Origin: the human T2T-CHM13v2.0 reference genome, Homo sapiens
DNA: 64,000 nt
Direction: 5' to 3' (one strand)
NCBI RefSeq assembly: GCF_009914755.1
Contig: NC_060925.1
Made by a program: the position numbers and the translations under genes. The notes under the pieces were generated by a model. The model was given only the letters and a program-made list of their open reading frames with translations. It had not been told where the DNA came from and did no database searches. Positions 47,372-64,000 of this stretch are shown one piece after another (position 1 is the stretch's first letter; the number at the start of each line of letters is the position of its first letter).

Positions 47372-48285
47372 CCTAATCTTTGGTGGGAACTTTGTCTTTC
47401 TGTTTGAAGTGGTTCTTGCAAACCTTGCAAATTTTTTTCTAGTCCCATACCAGGGACATACCCCATTTCATGCATCATATGTTGACTTTGAGGGCTATAT
47501 AATTGTTCTGGAATTAGAACTTGTGCTCCCCATTATTGTAATAAATCTCTTCCCCATAAATTTATAGGTACGGAAGTTATAATTGGTTGAATAGTCCCAG
47601 GTTGTCCATCGGGCCCTTCACAATGCAAAATATAACTACTTTGATATACTTCAGGGGCTTTACCAACTCCAACTATGTTAAGTTGAGCGGGTTGAATTGG
47701 CCATGTGGATGGCCAGTGCTGTAGAGAAATGATTGAACTGTCCACTCCTGTATCTACCAAACCTTTAAATTTCTTTCCCTGAATAGTTATTTCATAGGTA
47801 GGATGTTTGTCAGTAATTTGATTCACTGAGTAAGCTGCTTTGCCTTGTTTATTTCTGCTTCCAAATCCTCCTATTTGTTTAATTTCACTTTTTCCCAGTC
47901 CCACATACGACACAATCAGGAGCTGTGCTATATGCTCTCCTGGCTCTGCTTTCCAGGGAACAGAAGTAGATATAACAATTTGAATTTCCCCAGTGTAATC
48001 TGAATCAATGACTCCTGTATGTATCTGTACCCCTTTTAAACCTAAACTAGACCTTCCTAAAAGTAATCCTATTGTCCCCACTGGCAAGGGCCCACCGACT
48101 CCTGTTGGGACCTTTTGCGAGGGTTCCCCAGGTAGAAGGCTCACAGCTTTTGTGCAGCATAAATCTACTGCAGCACTACCAGCTGTGGCAGGGGACAGAC
48201 AGTGTACAGGGATGAGGGAATGGCCTGAGCTGGAAATGCCCCAGTTTAGAATGGGGCCCGGGACAGGCCCCTCATGGCGTTTTCC
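47372..48285 (-). pseudogene. pro: pro (dUTPase + aspartic protease + G-patch) with a premature stop at 47533
   Basis: GSAAVDL, GRSS, GVIDSDYTGEI, IAQL and GGFGS dUTPase motifs; LVDTG and GRDLL protease motifs; [10 protein letters not shown]-patch after the stop. Confidence 0.9.
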
Positions 48286-49561
48286 GAAATCAGGTTCCTT
48301 TCTTTATCAAACTTAGAGTGACACTGATTAACCCAATGTTTTCCTTTTTTACATTTTGGGCATATTTCAGGATCAGCAGTTTTCTTTTTTCCCCTATCTC
48401 GCAGCCTGACTCGCTGATTTTTTCTACATTCTTTTTTAGTATGACCATGCTTCCCACAGTTAAAACAAGCTCCAGGAAATGGAGTATTTCCTTTATCCAC
48501 TCTCAGTCCTGCCATTGCCTGTGCCAACAAAGTAGCTTTATGCAGATTACCTCCAATACCATCACAGGCCTTGATACAATCAACTAAATGTGCTTTCCCT
48601 CTGATAGGTTGCAGAGCAGCCTGGCAATTGGGATAGCATTGTCAAAAGCTAATAACTGCAGCACTGTATCCTGAGCAGCCGAATATGCAATCATCGTTTT
48701 AAGAGACTCCTGTAACCGAGCTATAAAATCAACGTATGGTTCTCTTGGTCCCTGTTTCATAGCACTAAAAGAAGGGTATTGTTCCCGACCTGAAGTGATT
48801 TTTTTCCCAAGCTCTAATGCACACTCCTCCAAGCTGTTCTATGGCATCATCCTGCATGACAAGTTGTACATCTAAACCAGCCCAGCCGCCAACCCCCAAA
48901 AGTTGGTCTGCAGTTATATTAATTTGAGGTTGGACCTGGGCATTGCAAGCAGCCTGAATGGAAGCTTCATCTGCCCACCAAGTTTTAAATTGTAAGAACT
49001 GAGCAGGAGTTAGACAAGCTCGAGTAAGAGTGTCCCAGTCAGTAGGAATCATCCGACTGGAAACAGCAACATTCTTTAACAGCCCCATTACAAAAGGAGA
49101 ACCTGGTCCATACTGATTTACAGCTTGTTTAAGTTTTTTGAGTAATTTAAAAGGAAAAGGCTCAAATGTAGCTATAATATTTCCCTGTTGATCTGGGGGG
49201 TGTATTCTAACAGAGAACTGCCAAGCCTCTAAATCACCCTCTCGTCTAACTTGCTGAATTCCTGCCTGAATAGAACTAAGAGCAGTCACTTGAGGTGCTG
49301 CTCAAACAGTCACTGGGGCAACTACTTTTTGCCCAGTGTCCTCTGGAAAAGAAAGATCAGGAGGGTCTTTTTCTTCCAAATAATAAGGAGGGGGTGCAGA
49401 AGGGTAAGGATGAACCTCTCCTTCCTTTGCCGTTTAGCTTTAGCTGGTAAATAAACATGCTCTGTAACCTCTTCTGTTACTTCGCCATACTCTCCTTCCT
49501 CCTCATCATCAGTGTGAAAAAGTTCCAAGGTGGAACGAACCACACCCCACACTTGTACCAC
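48246..49561 (-). pseudogene. gag: Defective gag (5' MA deleted, frameshifted CA, NC with two CCHC knuckles)
   Basis: MHR QGPREPYVDFIARL; knuckles CFNCGKHGHTKKEC and CPKCKKGKHWVNQC; split over several frames. Confidence 0.9.
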
Positions 49562-49688
49562 TGTTACCCTGATGCTTCCGAGCTCCCCTTCTTACTCACC
49601 ACGGGGATTGCTTTAAGAGTACTCGGGTGTCCTCCAGTTAGTTTTCCATTTCAACCATCGCTCTGGTGACCCTTCGACCTGGATTCGA

Positions 49689-49706
49689 GCCCCATGTTGG
49701 GCACCA
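49689..49706 (-). promoter_or_regulatory. Primer-binding site for tRNA-Lys(CUU)
   Basis: TGGTGCCCAACATGGGGC versus canonical TGGCGCCCAACGTGGGGC (two CpG-type transitions), 2 nt after the 5' LTR. Confidence 0.9.
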
Positions 49707-49708
49707 CT

Positions 49709-50221
49709 TGCTGAGACCAGCTCGGTCCGGGAGAGCCTAACCCAGTGGCGCTAGAGGAATTAAAGACACACACACAGAAATATAGAGGTGTGAAGCGGGA
49801 AATCAGGGGTCTCACAGCCTTCAGAGCTGAAAGCCCCGAACAGAGATTTACCCATGTATTTATTAACTACAAGCCAGCCATTAGCATTGTTTCTATAGAT
49901 ACTAAATTAACTAAAAATATCCCTTATGGGAAAAGAAGGGATGGGCCAAATTAAAGGGATATATTGGGCTAGTTAACTGCAGCAGGAGCATGTCCTTAAG
50001 CCACAGATCGCTCATGCTATTGTTTGTGGCTTAAGAATGCCTTTAAGCGGTTTTCTGCCCTGGGCGGGCCAAGTGTTCCTTGCCCTCATTCCAGTAAACA
50101 CACAACCTTCCAGCATGGGCTTTATGGCCATCATGAACATGTCACAGTGCTGCAGAGATTTTGTTTATGGCCAGTTTTGGGGCCAGTTTATGGCCAGATT
50201 TTGGGGGGCCTGCTCCCAACA
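49709..50221 (-). mobile_element. 5' LTR (MER9)
   Basis: TG...CA, adjacent to the PBS; about 96% identical to the 3' LTR. Confidence 0.93.
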
Positions 50222-50712
50222 CTGTTGTGTATATTTTAAAAGGATGAATATTATGGAATGTGAATTATATCTCAATTTTATAAAAATCCTTAGAGATGAT
50301 GCTAGCTAATAGGAATAATGGCTCACAGGCCGGGTGCAGTGGCTCACGCCTGTAATCCCAGCACTTTGGGAGGTCAAGGCAGGCAGATCACTTGAGGCCA
50401 GGAGTTTGAGACCAGCCTGGCCAATATGGTGGCCCCCAGTAAAGAACAGCAACCAAAATGGGGGAGGGGTCACAGTAGGGACATCAGGAAGTGCTCACCA
50501 GGAAGCTGTGGGTGCAAACTGGGCAGCCCTTTCTTTCTGAGATGGGGAGGAGCTTGGAAGTTGGCCCAGAGCTGTTTGCTGACCCCGTTCCCAGCCAGAA
50601 GGCCCCTGCCAGCCCAGAGCCCACAGACTATCCCCTTTCATCCCCTTCTGCCCCTCTGCCTGGCATTGGTATCTCCGTGACTCTCCCACCAGCTGCACGG
50701 TCCTGTCCCAGT

Positions 50713-50950
50713 CTCCCCAAAACTTTTTTCTTTTTTTTAGAGACAAGGTCTTGCTCTGTTGCCCAGGCTGGAGTGCAGTGGCATGGTCATAGCTCACTGC
50801 AGGCTTGAACTCCTGGCCTCAAGGGACAGCAAGACAAGGACAGGAAAAGAAGTTTTGGGGAGGCTACACATGGAGCCTCATACTTGTAATCCCAGTGCTT
50901 TGGGAGGCTGAGATGGGAGGATTGCTTGAGTCCAGGAGTTTGAGGCTAGC
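50713..50950. mobile_element. Rearranged AluJ: right-arm piece on minus, left-arm piece on plus, TSD copies inverted
   Basis: ctccccaaaactt (50713-50725) versus aagttttggggag (50850-50862). Confidence 0.6.
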
Positions 50951-52104
50951 CTTGGGGAGAGTGGGGCCCTCCTTAGCTACTCCAGGTCCCCGTGCAGGAC
51001 TTAGCACAGCCCTCAGACTCACTCCAGTGCTCAACCTACCCTGCTCCACCCAGGGGGCATGAGGAAGGGGCCTGCTTCTTTCCAGGCCTCTCCTGCTCAG
51101 CTCTGGGTCTGGAGGAGGGCAGGGCTGTCACAAGCTGCTGTATCCAGTGCCTGGGAGAGTCAGCAGTGACTCAGTGGTTGTAGCCCCACTGAGGTGACTA
51201 AGACCTGGGGCTCCCTCCCTACACCTGGATCCCCAAGTCTCCTCATTGTAGGGACCTGCCAACAAGAGCCTTAGCTCCCTGCTGATCTGGAGTGAAGAGG
51301 CCCCCCCTTCTTTCTGGAAGCCACAGCTCTGCTGAGAACAGAGCTTCAGGGCCAGAGTGGGGAGGCTTTTCCAGGGAGAGGGAGGGACAGGGGCCTGGGT
51401 TGCAGGACGTGCTTTCTGGTGGCGAGACATATATTCAACTCTCTGTGGTGGTTAGAGAGTGAACCTGGTGCTGTGTGGTGGTTAGGGAGTGAACCTGGAG
51501 TCAGCCCGCCTGGGCATAAATCCCACCTCAGGCATTGACTAGCTGTCACTTTGGGCAAATGACTTGCTGTCTCTGAACCTCAGTTTCCCCATCTGTGAAA
51601 TGAGCACAACTACAGTGCATGCCTCACAGGACTGAAACTAGTTAACAAGCAAAGTCTCCTAAGCAAAGCTTCCTGGCTGTTCTAAGTGAGGTCTCAATCG
51701 TGTCACTCAATACTGTGTGTGCGGGTACTGCCGAGAGCCAAAGTCCCTGGCCATCATGGAGCTCAGAGCCAAGTGGAGGGTAGACAAACTGTAAATAAGG
51801 ATCTAAATGAATTAACAAGATTCTCACGATGTGGGGATGAGTGCTGCAAAGGAAAGAACCAGAGGTTTGGGATAGAGAGTGCAGGCAGGCTGGGGGTATC
51901 AGGAAAACCGCTCTGAGGAGGGGATTTTGAGCAGATTCTCAAAAAATAGGAAGGAAGCAGCTGTGTGATGATCTGCGGGGAAGGGCATACCGGCCAAAGG
52001 TAACAGCAAGTGCAAAGGCCCTGAGGCAGAAATGAACATGCCATGCATGACACGTGCTAGGAACAAAAGAAAGGTGAGTGCGCCAGAAAATTCTCTGTTG
52101 CAGA

Positions 52105-52250
52105 ACGATTATAGCTTCCTTGGCCTCTGCCCATCAGATACCAGCAGTGACATCCCTCCAACTGTAACAAAGAAAAGTGTCTCCAGATAGAGCCAAATGT
52201 CCCCTGGGTGGGTGGTGGGGTGGGTTATTGCCCCTGGCTGAAGACCACAG
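52105..52250 (-). mobile_element. MER20 hAT DNA transposon fragment
   Basis: gtgtctccagatagagccaaatgtcccctggg...ttgcccctggctgaagaccac matches recalled MER20. Confidence 0.65.
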
Positions 52251-52746
52251 GGTTGGGGAGAGCATGGATAATAAGGTGGGCAGGTCATAGGGCCAGTGGG
52301 GCCTGGCAAGCTCCTTCCAGGGGTCAGAACATGGGAAGATCAAAGAGGGTCGGGGACGTGACTGAGGAGAAGGGGACACCTCACCCTTGCCCTAGCCCTG
52401 CCCAGATGGGGGCTCTGTACTGGCCTCCCCTCCACTGCAGCTCCTTTTGAAGGGCCCCCAGGGCTCCCTCCCCGATCCACTCCAAGCCTGGGGGGCCACC
52501 CAGGGGCCAACCCTGGCCCCCCCTGAGCCTTTGCTCCCTAGGTAGACCCCCGCTGGGATGCAGGTATCGGGGTCTCCAGAAACTGCCCTCAACCCGAAAT
52601 AAAAATAACCATAAAGGGTCCTCCCTCCATCTCCCACTCAGGGTAGGGGAGTCGGGAAGACCCTTCAACTGAACAGCTGCCCTCCCCTCTGGAGGCCCAT
52701 CTTCCCTCTTCTCAGCTCTCTGGGTCTCTGGATCCCTCTTTCTCAA

Positions 52747-59993
<7,247 letters not shown>

Positions 59994-61027
59994 TGCAAAG
60001 GTCTCTTGGAAAATGGGTGATTTGATTTGAGCCTGGAAGGGTGGGTGTATTTTCCACAGACAGAAATAGGGAGGGATGTGTGCGGGGGTGGGCGAGGGCT
60101 CATGGGGAACTGAGGGCAGGTCCGGGAGTCTAGACCGCATTAGAGTACAGGGGAGGGGTGCAGAGTCTGGGGAAGTGTGTCCTGTGCCCAGATGCTGGGA
60201 TTGGTTGGCCGGGCCCATGAGGCCTGGTCCTGGGGGAAAGGCCCCTCCGCCCAGCAGGAGACCTGATCATGCAGCCGCCTGCTCTGCCAGCCCAGTGTGG
60301 AAGCTGCATCCATCCATCCATCAGGCTGCTGAGGCCGTGGGGAATGTGATGAGGCTGCTGAAATGGGGCCCGGGCCCAGCAGGAGAAAGGGGGCCCCCAC
60401 CCCAGGCAGGGGTGGGATGTGGCTGCAGCTTCCCAGAAACTGGGTCTGGTTCTGCCGACAGAGACTGGCTGACGGTTTGGACTGGAAAGCCAGACCCAGA
60501 GGGCTGGAGTGGGGCCTGCTGGCCGGGCTACCTGGGGCTGCCCAGGGCTGCCTGGGGAGAGGGTGCCAGGAGTGGGGAGGGGGCAACTCTGTGGTGGGGG
60601 CAGGGGCCCCTCATCTCAGCCAGGACAGACTTCCTGGAGCCTTCCTCACTACAGACGGACAAACTGAGCCCCCGTGACACAAGGGACATGCCCAGGAGTC
60701 CACAGCCAAGTCAATAGTAGGCGCCCAACAGAACCTCTGTCTTCCCTTCCCAGTCCAAGGGTCTTCCTGCCGTTTCCTGAAAAGAACCCCAAGGTCCCCA
60801 AATGTCACCGAGCAGCAGGCAGTGGGATGAGCTGACTCTTGTCTCCTATGCCGCTTTGTCACCTCCTAGCTGTGGGAACTTGGTCTGATTACTGTAACCT
60901 CGCTGAGCCCCAGGGTCCCCAAAATGGGGATAAATGTATGCCCCTCAGGGTCATTGTGACCCTTGCATAAGACGGTGTGGGTCTTGGGCTGGGCATGATC
61001 ACTGGCATGGCACACTCACTGGCACCG

Positions 61028-61631
61028 TGGCAAGTTAAAACCGTGTCGCCAGGCACCAGCCTTAGATTTCCTAATTAATTAGCAACTCCTCTAGGAACAG
61101 GCAATGCTAGAGGAACGCCCACCACCTACAATGGTAGGTGTTCAGAAACATTCAACTGCTTCTCCTTACCAGCTTTTGTGGTCCCTCCCGGCCAGCCAGA
61201 GGGAGCCCAGGACCATTGCACAGCACTCACCACATTCCCAAAACCCATATCCAGCTCCACAGGGCTCTTGGATCTCAAAAGCCCAGTCCTTGTCCCCCAC
61301 AGTTCATTTGTTTATTGAACAAATGTTTATTGAGGGCCTACTGGGTACCAGACATAGTTCCGGGGAGGGACGATGCAGGCGCGATGCACAGAATGGGCAA
61401 AGGCACAGAGGGCCGGAGCTAAGGACTCAAGCACTTCCCGTACACATTCATTTGCCCCCTGTTCTAGCAGCATCTATGGTGCCCAAGGCCCCATCCCAGG
61501 CCCTGGGCTGCAGCTGGAGCTGAGGGGGTGTGAATGGGGAGGCGAGCAGAGAGCTTGCCTGTCCCTCCAGAATTTGCTAATTAATTAGGAAATCTCGGGC
61601 TGGTGCCTGGCGACACGATTTTAACTTGCCA
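61028..61631. repeat. 58-bp inverted repeat (61028-61085 / 61574-61631) containing the palindrome CTAATTAATTAG
   Basis: 55/58 reverse-complement identity, 488-bp spacer. Confidence 0.92.
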
Positions 61632-62619
61632 TGCAGACTGGGAGCAGCAGAGAAAGCAGGCATCTCCCTACCCAATGGCCCAGTCACCACTGCCTTCACC
61701 TCCTTCAGGGCTTTGCTGGATGCATCAAAGGCCCACCAAGGTCCCTGCAGCTCAGAACCCAGAAAGGGCTGCAGGCCCACTTCTCAGCAGAGAAGGCTAA
61801 AATCAGAGATGAAGGTTCTGCTAGGGGTGGGAATGAGGGCAGGGCTGCTGTCCTACAGCTGCTCCTGACACAACAGCCAGGGGTTAGGGTGGCATAGCAG
61901 ATGGAGGAATCTTGTCTTGGTCAAATGGGGCCCAGATGTTGGAGGGGAGACTCAAGCCCCACCCACAGAGGTCTGGAGTCAGAGCCAGGCTCTTCTGGGA
62001 CACTTCTTCCTCCGCCTGGTGGACTCTCACTTGACCTCCACCTCAGCTTGGATGGCTCCTCCTCCAAGCAGCCTGCCTGGACTTTCTAGGCTGGGTCAAG
62101 TGCCCCTCCCCCATCCCCGCCCCAACCTCTGGCTCCTGTAACACCCAGCTCTGCCCCTTCTTAGCCTGGGTCCTACTCTATTACCATTGCTGCCCCCACC
62201 AGACTGAGTCCCATGAGGGCAGACAGGGCCCTTATCCATCTTTGTGACCTTGTGCCCAGCCTGGCATAGAGCAGGAACTGGCCACTGAGAGAAGGGACAG
62301 AGCAGCAAACTATCTAGATACCTGGGGTGTGGGATGTGGTGGCATTTGGAGACCATGGGCAGGTTATGTTGCCTCAGTTTCCCCAGAACCAGTGCTTCTC
62401 AGACCTTATCTAGGGAAGTGTCCATGATGGCAGAGAGGGGAGAGGGCGGCTCTGGCCAGTTATGTAACCTCCCTCCCCTCGGTGTTCAAATCTGTAAAAT
62501 GGGATATTAATAGCATCTACCTTGAAGGACTGTTGGAAGAATGAAATAAGTAAACACAGGCTAAGTGCTTAGAACAGTGGGTGGTGCCCAGAAAGCCTTG
62601 TGTAAGTGTTTGCTGATAC

Positions 62620-63595
<976 letters not shown>

Positions 63596-64000
63596 AGATC
63601 TGGATTTGCTTTAATTTAAAAATAAAGTTTCCCCTCCTGCCAATTGCAGGGTCCATTGGAGACTGCAGACAGCTGCTCACTGGGTTTTGAGCATCGGACC
63701 TGTCCGTGGCCCACAGGTTTATGGGTTCTCACATGCCCTTGGAAGGGTCTTATGTCCAGGACTTCAAGGGAGAGAGCACACGAGGCCACCTCCCCCCATG
63801 CTGAGCCACTTCCTGAGTTCATTCCTGCTCATCAGCAGGGCCATGGCTGAGTTGCTTTGGGAATGGGACTCAGGCCTGGTCTTGATGTGCCCTCATAGCC
63901 CAGATTTTTGTGGATTTGCAAGCTGCAGGCTTATTCCCTGCTGGGCCAACAGCTTTGTCAGTGGTAGCAACAGTAGCCATAGCCCAGCCACAGAGCTACA

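Larger units (their letters stand above)
44223..50221 (-). mobile_element. HERV-K(HML-3)/HERVK9 provirus with MER9 LTRs, internally deleted (5,999 bp)
   Basis: Two ~515-bp LTRs starting TGTTGGGAGCAGGCCCCCC and ending CA; perfect TSD CTGTTG (44217-44222 and 50222-50227); Lys PBS, PPT and gag-pro-pol-env remnants in order. Confidence 0.93.

Noticed and set aside
49684-49706. tRNA-Lys gene
   Set aside because: Only the complement of the 3' end is present; it is the retroviral PBS.
61028-61631. Autonomous DNA transposon or MITE with 58-bp TIRs
   Set aside because: No TSD seen, no transposase, and the spacer holds unrelated L2-like sequence; kept as an inverted duplication instead.
63600-64000. 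EPHA2 3' end
   Set aside because: Expected just beyond the window from recalled gene order; no EPHA2 sequence is recognisable inside it.

Overview
Primate (almost certainly human) GC-rich euchromatic DNA. The first 15 kb holds most of FAM131C on the minus strand: seven coding exons with GT-AG junctions in phase, a CpG-island promoter, and a last exon running off the left edge. From memory this places the window at 1p36.13 between CLCNKB and EPHA2. The other ~49 kb is repeat-rich intergenic DNA: about 40 Alus, MIR/L2/L1M pieces, hAT DNA-transposon remnants and several solo LTRs. It also holds a 5,999-bp internally deleted HERV-K(HML-3)/MER9 provirus with both LTRs, a 6-bp TSD, a tRNA-Lys PBS and a PPT, plus a poly(A)-tailed retrocopy of an unidentified mRNA 3' end. 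The least-explained pattern is a cluster of short local templated copies and rearrangements between 30 and 62 kb: a perfect 61-bp inverted insertion inside an Alu, a 102-bp direct copy ending in a fold-back hairpin, a 157-bp Alu-arm copy with no TSD, a micro-inversion that flipped a TSD, and a 58-bp inverted repeat. These look like template-switch or Pol-theta-type repair scars of different ages. A 19-codon uORF whose stop overlaps the FAM131C start (TGATG) is also notable. Nearly all ORFs in the supplied track are spurious. Repeat family names come from recall, not from a database search.
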